From contig CM102283.1 of NCBI GenBank assembly GCA_046563655.1, positions 1,550,001-1,614,000 on the forward strand: a stretch of 64,000 bases of DNA. Direction: 5' to 3'. Shown one piece after another: positions 1 to 17,768 of the stretch. This DNA is from Yuukianura sp. NJ FZ-2021. Taxonomy: Eukaryota. Both the position numbers and the translations under genes were made by a program. Position 1 is the first letter of the stretch. Each line of letters begins with the position of its first letter. The notes under the pieces were generated by a model. That model saw only the letters and a program-made list of their open reading frames with translations. It was not told where the DNA came from and searched no databases.

Positions 1-459
1 TTATTAGGCTAAAAAAAATTCCTAAAGTAATAACTTTTTCATTTAGAAGAAACTAAAATTTTCGAAAAGTAAGCTTTCGTTTTTGATACTATAATGTCTT
101 CTTACCATAGGGACTTTCCTAAAAAATATTGAAGATTTTTTTTTGTGCAAACCAAATCAATATGAAAGTGGCAATTCTCTATTGAAAGGACATTGAAGTG
201 AGTGATGCTTTTTGACAGAATTCAAACATTCACTACAATTATTCCTAACGAATTCTTTGAACACTACTTCATTTTCCCGTTTTGAATAAAAATCAATACA
301 CTTGAAGACTTTTTTTAGAGTTGGAATTTTCGGATTTGGAGCATTTCTGCTTCAAAATTTTAACCAAAAAGAATACCGCAGTTAGAATCTGGAGGAAAAC
401 AAATACGGAGGTTCTAAAAACGCGGAGAAAAGTTTAAAGGTTACAAAGGTCACGGGGCA

Positions 460-3068
460 ATGACTTTGTTAGTGGTGCCAAAGTTGTTAGTTTTGTCAAT
501 GGGAGTTGTTCAGCAATTCAATTATTCAAACGATTCTTTCAGCGTTTTGAAAAACGGTGCGGAAATGTCTCTGTACGGAAACGTTGAAATTGGAAAACAA
601 TTATGTATGAAACTATTGTTGAAAAATAGCACTAACTTATGTTATAGATTCAAATTTAAACATTTAGTAATACGTTCAAAGTTTAAAAATTATGTTATAG
701 TAGCTTCAGAGGCTCCGCAACTCACAATTTCTGCCGTTCAAAGTATCAAAGAAAGCAAAACTCAAAAGGAAAATTTTGGAATGAATTTGGTTGAAGTTAT
801 TGTGGAAAACACACTCGATTTGTTGAACCAATCTATTTCGAAGGTAGCGTTAATCAGCAATATTTATAAAAACAGAACAAAATGTCAAAATTTTGGTTTT
901 TGAAACACTTATTTTTACACAGATAATTGACAATGAGAATTCTGGATCTTCGAAATTGTCGTTTTTTCTTTGGCCCGAACCTTGTTCAAACAAAGCAGAA
1001 GTTTCTCAAATATTTTCCAAAATCGCCCAGCAGTATTTCACAAAACTAAATCTTCAAACAAACATCTATGTTATGTTTCGTGTTCAAAACAACTGTTCAG
1101 CGGAACCAAAATTTTCAATATCGGACTCAAATTTTGAAGCAGTAGTTTTCGAAGGATACACAGTTGGCGACAAATTAATTTGCAATCAAGTCGAAATTGA
1201 AGATGGAAACACTCTCAACTGGATGACTTTGAGCAACAAAATTTCTAGAAGAAAAAATACACAAAAGGCAATCCTCCGTGCAATCAGCGTCGTAAGCAAA
1301 AAAAAATCACAATTTTTTAAACTTTTCAAAAAAAGTTTTGAAACCTGTCACTAGAATGATTCTGAGTGGGAAAACGAAACGAAGTATCGCATTCCAAAAT
1401 CTGACGACACTGAAATCGAATTTGAAAGCGGTTATGCAGTCGACATGTTATGGGTCATCCGGGATATGTTCAATTTCAGGTAAATCTTTTTTAAAAAAAG
1501 TTATATTATATTATCATTTTTATATATTTTTGTTATATACATTTAAGTTTCCTTTTTGTTAGAATAAAAGCTATGGTGGGAAACTGGACGAGCATTATGG
1601 AAGACGAAAGCAGGCTATCCGAAAGCAAATTGGTGGGAGCCGGACGCATCGTTAAAGCGGGAGACGCAGACATCAGCATTTCTCAACAATCGCAAAACTT
1701 GGGTTACATGCAACATGGCCTTCATTTACTTCATCCGACGAATGCTGCTGGGTACTCATACCTGAAAAAAGTCTTTAGAAAAATTTTTTAATTCCTTTTT
1801 CAAAATGGTTTTTATGGGTTTTAGTTTGAGACTTTATTTTATCCAACCTGAGATGAGTCAGTACCGCGACATCTTCGTAACTCCGTTTGCAAACGTTTTG
1901 TGGATTACCGTCATCGGGATTTTCGGGGTCATTGTTGTCACGATAAAATTTTTCGGTTGGATTCTTATTCACGCTGCAAAAGACGAAGATGAAAACGACT
2001 CGGAATTTGTACGGAGTGTCATCGTTTGGACTGTGGCGGTCGTTACTCAGCAAGGTTTAAAAAACGAAGTAACTTTCGTCGTTTTTCAACTTTTTGACTT
2101 TTTGCAAATTTGAATTTTACAGGATTCCATGTGGAGCCGTCTTCACTGTCAATTCGAATTGTGTTTCTGTTTGGATATATCACGGGACTTCTGTGCTTCA
2201 TAGCCTACTCTGCCCAAATCGTTTCCACGTTGAGCATCAAATCTGTTCCAATCCATACGGCAGATGATGTGCTAAACGGTCGATTTCATCTATATGCTAA
2301 CCCCCGCAATACACCAAAACCTGTCATCGATCACGTAATTACATTAGAATTACTCTAATTACTTTCAATTGTAAACGAATTTGGCACAATTCCTTGCAAC
2401 ATCAAATGAGTTATCACATCAATTACTTATAGCATTCTGAATTAACAGCAAATTAACAGAAATCTATGTAATATGTTTTGCAATTATAGATTTTGAAAGA
2501 ACAGAAACAAACTTCTGAGTCTGTATTTATGGAACAGCAAGAGGCGGTAAAGCGAATTTTGAAATCAAAGCACGTCATGCAAGCACTTGTCGCAGAGCCA
2601 GATATTTTCTACACAGCAGCTCTTGCTCTCAACTGCACAAACAAAGAAATTTGCGATACTTTTTCATCACTTCGTTTGCACAGAGTTCCAATCAAAGGCG
2701 GAATGTTTGTAGGCAGGAACTCACCTTACAAGGAGTGGTTCAATTATGCGTAAGGTTAAACAAAAAATTTTTTTTTAAATAATTTTGAATTGGAATTCAA
2801 ATTTTGAAATTTGATTTTTAGGATTATTCTGATGTTGGAACGTGGTTTGAACCATCGATTTGTTTCCAGTTACATTCGAAAAAGCTGGGTGGTTTGCTTG
2901 GATGAAAAAAGCGCCTACGTTCGGCCGGTGAAAATCTCCGACATTTTGTCTGCTTTTAAAATTGTTGGAGTCGGTCATGCGTTGAGCCTCGTTCTGCTCG
3001 GAATTGAACTACTTTTGAAATTTCGCGCCAGGAAAAAAATGGCCCAAGCTGGACAATTTATCATGTAG
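460..3068 (+). CDS. Ionotropic receptor (IR, variant iGluR family), multi-exon; 5' start uncertain
   Basis: Spliced ORF pieces give the IR layout: S1 (NWTSIM...ADISISQ), M1 (IFVTPFANVLWITVIG), pore (AVVTQQG), M2 (SLSIRIVFLFGYITGLLCFIAYSAQIVSTLS), S2 (NSPYKEWFNY..ILMLERGL), M3 (DILSAFKIVGVGHALSLVLLGIELL). Stop TAG at 3066-3068. Confidence 0.85.
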
Positions 3069-3381
3069 AGCTTTAAATTAGAACGTTTAAAGGTTAGGTA
3101 TAAGTTAGGCTAATCTAACCCTTAGTTAGGTTAAACAAGTTTAGTAATGCCGGTAATAATTATATTGCGTGTTGCAATTTGTAAAAAAAAAGTTCCGGAC
3201 ATGATACGATTCTGATGGTGTTTTGTTGAAATCTATAGAAATTGAAGTTTTGAAAGAATTCAGTTTGTTCATTTCAATTCAATTCGTTTTCAAATTTGTG
3301 AGGTAGATCAATGTAACCTTCACTTCACTTTTAGCTTGATCGCTTCCGTTTGGCGACAGTTTTTCCTTAAGTTAGAGCGGA

Positions 3382-4764
3382 ATGGAGGTCACTTCGGGGA
3401 CAACGGCCAGAAAAGTGCACCAAGCCTTCAACAAAACGGAGCACAAAAAGTATCGCCTCAGGCCAATAAATTTTAGTAATGAAAACAACATTTACAAAAA
3501 GTACTTCCAGGCCCCTGCGGCTAAGTGGATGTCATGGACTCTCGTCATGCTCGGACTGGCAACTGTAGCCGCAAAGGTTTCAAAATTTGAAACGAAATAT
3601 AAATGTCGACATAAAGATACACGCCAATTGTTCTCCGAATTTGTTAAAATTGATTTCTGTTTTTAAACAGTTTATGCAGTTGCTCCTGACTCAAAATTTG
3701 ACGGCCATGACAGCCTTGAACACAGTGGGAAGTTGGGGATTGGTGACACTGGGTGCTGGAGTGACCTTAGCTGCTGTCTATCGCTCATCTTATTGCAGGT
3801 AGAGTCATCTAAGGTCAAGCTTTTTGCGGGTTAAGGTCAAAGGTCAAGTTACTTCAGGTCAAAGGTCAAGTTGGTTCAGGTCAAAAGCTTCATTAAATTT
3901 TTTGTAGACTCCATTCGGCTATGGCCCTGCATATTCTGAATGTTGTTGTTCAGTACATCACCGTGGAGAAAATTTTTACGATTGAAATTCCGAGAATTCA
4001 ACTCGGGATGGAATCGGACGTTCGGGAAGTTTCGGAAGTGGATTGGCAAAGTGCTGGAATGTTATGTGCAACAATGGGGCGGAACTGCTCTGCCAGCTTG
4101 GAAAAGCGGGAACTCAGCAACATCTATGGATTCTACCGTAAGTTTTTATGTTTATCGCATAAAAAACAGTTTTAACTAATTTAATTAATATTATTAGTAA
4201 TTGTTTTGTAACTTTTTTTTTGAAAACACTGACTATTAAAAGGAGTCGAGCTAATTTTGTCCGGAATGCTTTCGATCTACGGAATTCTGCAACTCCTAAT
4301 CTCTTTTGTCTTGGCTTTGATGACTGGACGGGCAATTTGCTGCGGGCGCATAAGCGTAAGCTTGAAATTTTTTGAGAAAACTCCTCAACGTTTTTATAAA
4401 ATATTAATTTTTCTTCAAAATTTATTCCTATTAATGCACTTTTTGAAAGTTGGAGCGGAAATTTTATGAAATTGAGAGTATGGAGGGGTCACCGGGTCAA
4501 AACACCACAAGAGGTCAAAGTCCCATGAGTCCCACCGTAACGGAGTTTACCGATCCTTCCAAAATGGTTTTCAAGCGCAAGGAATCTGAGCATTCGGACA
4601 CTTCACTCGGCAGTTTGTGTCACAGTCCACTGCCTTATGAGCTTACGAAAACGCCGAGAAGCAGCGAGGACTCCATGGGGGGAGCAGCAACCATTTCTGC
4701 AATCCAGGAAGAACACAAGATTGTGCTTCAAGCGCCACCAGCATACGCTGAGAAAATTGTATGA
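3382..4764 (+). CDS. Four-transmembrane protein, CD20/MS4A-like topology (multi-exon)
   Basis: Exons join in frame across GT-AG introns (about 3577-3670, 3799-3908, 4138-4242, 4356-4449). Product has four hydrophobic segments, a two-Cys loop between TM3 and TM4, AICCG after TM4 and a Ser/Pro-rich tail. Family label is inferred from topology only. Confidence 0.55.
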
Positions 4765-5337
4765 AAAATTTCGACTTGTTTTCAGAATTCGAAAACTTCA
4801 AAAATTGAAATTTCTTAAAATTGAAAAATTTCCTTTCCTTTAATTTTAACAAAATTTAAAAAAAATCTCCTTTCACAGCCTCCCGTCAAGTTCATTCTCG
4901 TTTTTTTTTCTTTTTCGTTTTCTTTTCTAAAATTCGGAGAAATTTTAACCTATGAACTACCAATCTCTGTCTCGAAATAAATCTATCTATAAAATTCGCA
5001 CTTATGTGACACTGAATAACCTTGACACACGTATGACACTATCTAAACGACATTTACTGGCACATTTATGACACTATCTACACCAGGTTGACACTTCTAT
5101 GACACTATCTATACAATTAGCTTTGTCAGTACAAGGATTAGTATTGGTTACCTGATGTTAATTGATTGATTAATGCGTAGTTAATTATTAAACAGCGAAC
5201 GTTGTCCTAAGAGTTGATGGCCAGATACAGATTAAGTCCAGATGCACATAATGCTGGATCACTAGCAAGTGTTTTGCCAGAAGGAAACCACAAATATAGA
5301 CAACTCTGGAAGTTCAGCTTCGTGTTTTGAAAAAAAA

Positions 5338-6669
5338 ATGCAAAAAATTTCGCGACTCGTTCTTGCAATACTATTTTTGCAATCATGCCAAGGTCGGATT
5401 TTGTACACCGATTACTCAAATCCAGGTGAAAATGCAGTGCTGCCCAGAAGCAAAGGTACAGTAATGGAATTGTAGTTATTTTTAAAAATTGTTCGCTTTT
5501 ATAAAAAAAAATGCACTGTTTAACATTTTTTTTTCAAAATGTTAGAACTGATTGAACGTGTAATAGTGATTGGGATTGATGGAGCCGGGAGTTTCCATTC
5601 GCCCGAACTCACTCCAAATATCGTTTCGTTTCTGCAATCCGGAACCTACTCCGACATGGCACTCAATGTATTTCCGACCTCCTCTGGTCAAAACTGGGGT
5701 TCCATTATCACTGGTGTCACGCCAGATAAACATGGCGTAACCAACAGTAACATATGGTTACCATACCCAGAAAATTCAACATTTCCCACCATTTTCAAGC
5801 TGATCAACGCCAAGTTCCCGAGTTCTGAGCAGTACAATGTCGCTTCCGATCAACACAATGTCGCTTCTGATCAAAACAATGTCGCTTCCGATCAAAACAT
5901 TATGGCCTCAGACCAGAACAATTTGGCTTCCAATCAAAACAATGTGGCTTCCGATCAAAACAATGTCGCTTCCGATCAAAACAATGTGGCTTCCGATCAA
6001 AACATTATGGCTTCTGATAAGAACAATTTGGCTTCCGATCAAAACATTGTGGCTTCTGATCAGACCAGACCGCTTTCTGATCAAAATATGGCTTCACATC
6101 AAGTCAATGTAGCAGCTTATCAAAACAGCATGGCTTTTGATAAGAACACTTCGGCTTGCTTCGTTGCCTGGGGGCCGATCGCTATCGGATTAGTTGAACG
6201 GTCGCTTCCGGTTGTCAATGTGCTGAGAAGAGACTCCGCTTTGGTTCAACTGCTAACCGAAAACTTTTTTCCCACAATAGGAGGAAATTTCAAATTCCTG
6301 TTTGTTCAGTTGAACGATGTTGACCATGCTGGACATGAGTATGGCTACGGGTCACCAGAATACAACGCCCAATATACAATTACAGACGGATATGTTCAGG
6401 AAATCCTAAATGCCATTGACATGGCAGGCCTTGCTTCGTCTGCATTGGTCGTCATCACAGCTGATCACGGCGGTCAAGGTCAAGGTCACGGTGGGGCATC
6501 TCCTGCTGAAAGCCACGTTCTGTTGGGCATGCGCGGACCGGGCGTTGTGAAAAGATCTTTTGAGCCAGACATGCTTTCCATCCTTGATATTCCCGCTACG
6601 ATACTTGACACGCTCGGAATAGAAGTTCCGAGCAACTTCGACGGCAAAGTGATTCAGTTATTTGAATAA
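5338..6669 (+). CDS. Secreted alkaline-phosphatase-superfamily (nucleotide pyrophosphatase/phosphodiesterase-like) protein, 2 exons
   Basis: Exon 1 encodes a signal peptide (MQKISRLVLAILFLQSCQG); phase-1 intron about 5455-5546. Exon 2 has RVIVIGIDG, PTSSGQNWGSIITGVTPDKHG, DVDHAGH, VITADHGG, GHGG and DIPATILDTLG...FDGK, the metal-ligand motifs of the AlkP superfamily. Confidence 0.85.
5836..6150 (+). repeat. Coding 21-bp (7-aa) tandem repeat, about 11 good plus about 4 degenerate units
   Basis: Units like AATGTCGCTTCCGATCAAAAC encode NVASDQN/IMASDQN/NLASDQN in frame inside the phosphodiesterase ORF. Confidence 0.95.
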
Positions 6670-7287
6670 ATGTAAAACAAAATAAATAAATTAAGTTAAA
6701 TTGACTAACTGGACTTAAATTTAAATTAGGACGTACAGTAATGCCATGTCAAAGTTAATAATTTTCAGTCAGGTTTTAAAAAAAAAAACTTTATTGGGTA
6801 AAAAATTTTTGCTACTGACATATTTGTTCTAAACAGGGTATTAATTTTTGCGAGAAGTGTTGAAAGTAACAAAAAGTTATATTTTTGATAAAAAAAATTG
6901 AGTAAAAAAGAGCACCGTATAAGTGGAGTTTTTTCTTTTAAACATTGAAAAATTTCTCTACAAGTTAAAGTTATTAAATTTGCCAAGTCACTAATGCCTC
7001 TCTATAGACTCTTGATAGTAACGTTTTTCGTGCTAATTACGAAGTTTATTTTTTTGAAATTATAGACAATTTGGAAATTAGCGGTTTTGTCGGGAGAAGG
7101 AAATTTGAAGCCAGGATTAACAGAGAAGCCTCACAAGCGTTTGTGGTTGTACGGTTTCCTTGTTGCCTAATTGGATTTGGATTTTTTGACCAGTTTCAAA
7201 AAATGTTGCACATTTTTTCTTGTGATGCATTTGACAGGCGTAAAATTTCGGTCACAAATTTCATCTAGCTTCATTTTTCCTTCAGCG

Positions 7288-7872
7288 ATGGAACAAAAAG
7301 AACAGTCCAAGACCAGTCCGCCTCTGCAGAAACAACCAACTCTGGTCGGCGACTTAGCGAATGTTCAACAAGTTCGACTTTTGCGACGAGATGACAACTC
7401 AGACGCCGAATCTCTTGTGACGACCGATAACGAGGAAGAGGCACTTATCAAAGATGGTGACGACAGTGACGATGAGAACAAGAAAAGTTTCTGGAATCAA
7501 GGACTGGGTGACTTGACACAGCAAACGGAGACTTTGAGCACGGGGGTCAAGTGCAAATCGATTATGTACTTTTGCTCATCCGGTGAACCAGCGTCTGATG
7601 TGGATGAAGGTGCAATGACAGACTGCGAGGACATCTATGATGCGTCGTCAAGGTCAAACTCTCCGGTAATTCTGCAAGAAGAACCGGGAATTGAAAACTA
7701 CTTCAAGGGAACGCAGTGGCAGTCAACTGAAGTGACGCGTGCATCGGGCCAGGAGTTGAATTTTGACAATACGCATGTGCAGGAGACGAGTTCTGGATGT
7801 AAAAATGGGCAGAACGAAAAAGCAGAAAAAGAAACCAGCAATTCAGAAAATCAAGCGACAAAAATTCTTTGA
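7288..7872 (+). CDS. Hypothetical acidic, probably disordered protein
   Basis: Open 194-codon frame from ATG 7288, preceded by an acceptor-like ttcag. Higher GC than flanks and D/E/S-rich; aataaa downstream near 8027. No recognisable domain. Confidence 0.5.
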   Translation: MEQKEQSKTSPPLQKQPTLVGDLANVQQVRLLRRDDNSDAESLVTTDNEEEALIKDGDDSDDENKKSFWNQGLGDLTQQTETLSTGVKCKSIMYFCSSGEPASDVDEGAMTDCEDIYDASSRSNSPVILQEEPGIENYFKGTQWQSTEVTRASGQELNFDNTHVQETSSGCKNGQNEKAEKETSNSENQATKIL

Positions 7873-8476
7873 AGTATAGAAACAAAATCGGAATTTTTTG
7901 GGACGCTTCAAATTTTGTCAGGGTAGAAATTTTACAGGAATTTGCCAGAATTTGATTTAAATCGTTGAAAGAAGTTTTTTTTTTTTTTATAGAAATTCAG
8001 TTAATTTTTTGTTAATGTTATAGTGAAATAAAAGACTCTCGGTTTCACTCTTCCTTGAAAATTTTCTTAGCATGTGAAGTTTGAATTACCCTATGTGCAT
8101 GTGAATAAAAACTATAAAACTATAAAAAGTTTCAAGCTTTTTGTTTCTAAAATTTTGGTTTCTATAAAACTCTATCTTCTAAAATTTTGAATGTAGCAAT
8201 TTCCTGAAAACTAAATTCTTAAAAATTATGGAAAGATTTTGGGTTTAAAACGCTAAAACAGTTCATCCTACGCGTTAATGCATAAGATATTATGAGGAGG
8301 AGGGTTTAGAATCACTCATCGCTGCTGCTTGGAATTTCGATTCAAGAAAATTACGTTTCGGTTGACCTTTGACATTGATATGGACCATGGACGGACATGT
8401 TTACATGGACCATGAAAGTGCTAACGGAAGTGGCGACATCAAATTCACAAAATTCGATGTATTGTAGTCCTCCAGG

Positions 8477-14684
<6,208 letters not shown>

Positions 14685-15387
14685 GCCCTACTTTAAGGCA
14701 GCTTCGTAGCTTGATAGTTATGAACTTCTTTTCAAAATTTTGAAAAAAAAAAATTCAAAAGTTTGAACTTTTGTGGAAAGTTAAAGTTCCAGGACACAAG
14801 TATGAGTCAGTTGTGGGAAGCTGGAGAGGAAAAGTGTGAATGATTTGAAGAAAAAGAAAAGAGATATGAATCAATTGACATTTGGATGATGTCCAAGTCA
14901 TGGAAAGACTTAAACGTTAAGTTCATTTGGTTATACACTGACACGAGTTAGAATTCATCAGGAAAAGAAAATAGATAATCTCAACAACCATTTGTGTCTC
15001 GTACAGCACAAGATCAGATGATAAACTTTTTACTTGGAACAAACGATGAGTGAAACAAATTGACTCAGGTCAAGGTCAACACGCTTTCTTCTGTGTTATC
15101 ACAAATGTAGACAGGAAGGCTTGACTCATTTAGTAATTTTTACATTCTACACTGGGAAAAGGAAAAGAGTAAGAAGATTATCTTGCGAACGTGTACGACA
15201 CTACGGGAATCAATAAACCGACTCCAAACAAAACTTCTTTTGCCTCCTTGGCATCATTTCAAATTCTTCGATACGATTATGGTAATTGGATTACAATGGA
15301 TTCGAAAAGACGATTTTTTTTTAAATGGTTGCAAACAACTTTTCTTTTTAGTTAATGTTGCAGTAAAATAAAGTTAGAAGTTTGTTT

Positions 15388-16895
15388 TCACTCTTTCTTG
15401 AAAATGTCCTGCGCATGTGCAGCTTGAATCACCTTATGGGCAAGTGCATATTGCTCTACTCTCTCTACCGCTGAAATGCGTTGATTGCGCATGACCCAAA
15501 GGTGTTTCAGGAAGTCCACTTGACCATGGTCCTGTGCCATGTCAAACATGGTGTCCGCCAGGATAAGCGATCCCGTGCGTCCTACTCCTGCTGCACAGTG
15601 GACGAGAAGTGGCCAAGACCTTGTGTAAGTGTCAGAAGCACGGTAGATTTTGATCAAATCCAGAATCTGAAGTGGGTCATCCGGTACACCGAACTCCGGC
15701 CATCCCAGGAAGTGGTGGTGAACCAGAACTCGGGCCATGCCAAACTGAAAGTAGACAAAAACAGAATTCAAATTTTTTGAATTTTCAGTTTTTTATTTTG
15801 GCGAAATTCACTTACTCTCCTCAGCGCGTAAATTCGAACGAGGACGTCAGGGTAAACAATTTTCCGTTTTAGTTCGATTTCGATTTCCCCAAAAGTTGCA
15901 CTCGTTTCTGGAAAATACACGAAGCATTTTCCCTAAAATTCAGAAATTTCAAAAAAAAAAAAAATCAAAATATTTTTTTGAAAAAAAAAAGTTACAAAGT
16001 AAAAAAAAAAGAATGTCAAAAATTCCTAACTTTTTCAATGTCGTGGTCGTTCACCAGCATGACGATTTGGTGGACGTTGTATTGCCAAATCTGGAAAAAT
16101 TCGAAATTGAGTCAGCAAAAACACAAACTTGGAAATTAAGAACAAAATTGTTGTTGTTTTTCGAGAATTTTTTCAATTTTGAAATATTTCGTTTTAAAAT
16201 TTACCATTTTGAAAAAGTCGTTGACAGTGGAGTCCATTGGTCCTTGTGTGGCTATGTATCGTTTTTTCTCTGCGTAGGAATCGATCCAGTTGGCCATGAT
16301 GAAGTCGGAACAGGGTCTGCCCGGTTCCTTAACCAAAGTTACCCGGGTTTTGTCATAGCAGAGCAAATTATCGTCTTCTGTGTTGTATCGATGTTTGGGA
16401 ATATTTTCTGGAAGACTTGCTATTGTCCATGACTGCAACTGCCTTGTCAGTGGCCCCAAACTTTCAAATTCTGTTTTGAATCCTCCATCTTCATCCATTT
16501 TCTTTATATGTTTATCCAGATCGTTCAATTTTACTGGTCGACTGTACAGAAAATCCTTGGGATCAGTAGTCACTAGGCCATTGATTACTTCGTTGCCAAA
16601 TCTAACAAAATTTTTGACCTTCGATTACCATGTGTTCAGATTTTTTTTATGGAATATATGAAAAATATATGTATTTTTACACGTATTTTATACAATTTCA
16701 AACAAATTGGAAACAGAAATTCAAAAATCTTTTGTATTTACTTTTCAACTTTTCCCAGAACGTTGTTTACTCCGTTAGAATCATGTTCTCGCGATTTTTC
16801 TAAAAAAAAATTCGAATTTCGAATTTGAACATTGAAAAATAACAAGAACGAAAAAAAATACGGAACTATAGGTATATGGACTTACCCGTGATCAT
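15388..16895 (-). CDS. Stand-alone classical protein tyrosine phosphatase domain protein with atypical motifs (multi-exon)
   Basis: KHRY, DFIMANWID, YIATQGP, WPEFGVP, HCAAGVGRTG and QRISAVERVEQY. Putative short first exon MITG at 16886-16895; start less certain. Confidence 0.88.
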
Positions 16896-17550
16896 GTCTA
16901 AGTGTTCTATTTTTTTTTAACTAGAAATTTGGAAATTCTGAAATTGAACGTGAATTTGAAAAACGTGTCAATATCTATCGGCAGGCAGCTCCTTTGAATT
17001 TGTTCTGTTGCGGTAAGCAACCTCTTAGAAATAAACTTCCACCAACTTGATTAACTACATTGTGGTTCAACGAAAAACCGAGAATTTTTGATAGCAAGAA
17101 GCTCCAATTAAGAAATTACAAAACAAGAAAAATTGTGAAGATTATGAAGCACAGTGCGAATTTTAAGCAAAAATGACACAAAACCTGTTTTCACAATGCT
17201 GTGACAATTAAAGCAAAGAGTTAAGGTACACTGTTTAGTTTACTATGAAAGGCGTGGTTATGAAGGCTATGGTATGAGAGTGTGTCCTTCCTCTTAATGT
17301 GTGAGTGACCTTGGCGTGACCTGTCAAGTCTTAGTTTTTGTGAATTAGTCGCAAGTTAGATTCACAAGTTAATCTCATTAGCATACTTATGCTTTATTCA
17401 TTGTATATTTAATCTTTCACCGAAAAATATGAATACGAGTAGCAAAAATTAACGATGATTTGGATTTAATATGACGTCATCAAAAGAAACTTGCTTACTT
17501 TTGGTTTTCTGATTTTTCTTTTAAAAGTTAGCTTTTCTTTATGTGGCACG

Positions 17551-17768
17551 ACGCCATTTGATCGAACGAATTACGTCAAAGTAAATTTCCCCGAATAAAT
17601 GTCCGTGAAACCAATTACAAAAAAGTCGAATTACGACTTTCGTTATTAGTTACATTTCGCTGTAATTCGCTTCGGGGTAATTCAAGTTTCGCGGTAATTG
17701 ATTTTGGAGAAATTCATTCGAAATAATTCGCTTCGTTCTAGTTGTAATTCATTCGATGAAATGGCATA
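17551..17768. mobile_element. Small palindromic MITE-like element (copy 1 of 3; relatives at about 25189-25588 and 26328-26520)
   Basis: Termini GCCATTTGATCGAACGAATT ... AATTCATTCGATGAAATGGC are inverted repeats. The same ends and downstream flank (gaggattatgtcat) recur at the other two sites. Confidence 0.6.

Noticed and set aside
3085-3135. TTAGG-like telomeric repeats (also about 12240 and 63020)
   Set aside because: Too short and degenerate to call interstitial telomere.
5836-6150. CRISPR-like array
   Set aside because: Contiguous 21-bp coding repeats with no unique spacers, no cas genes and a eukaryotic context.
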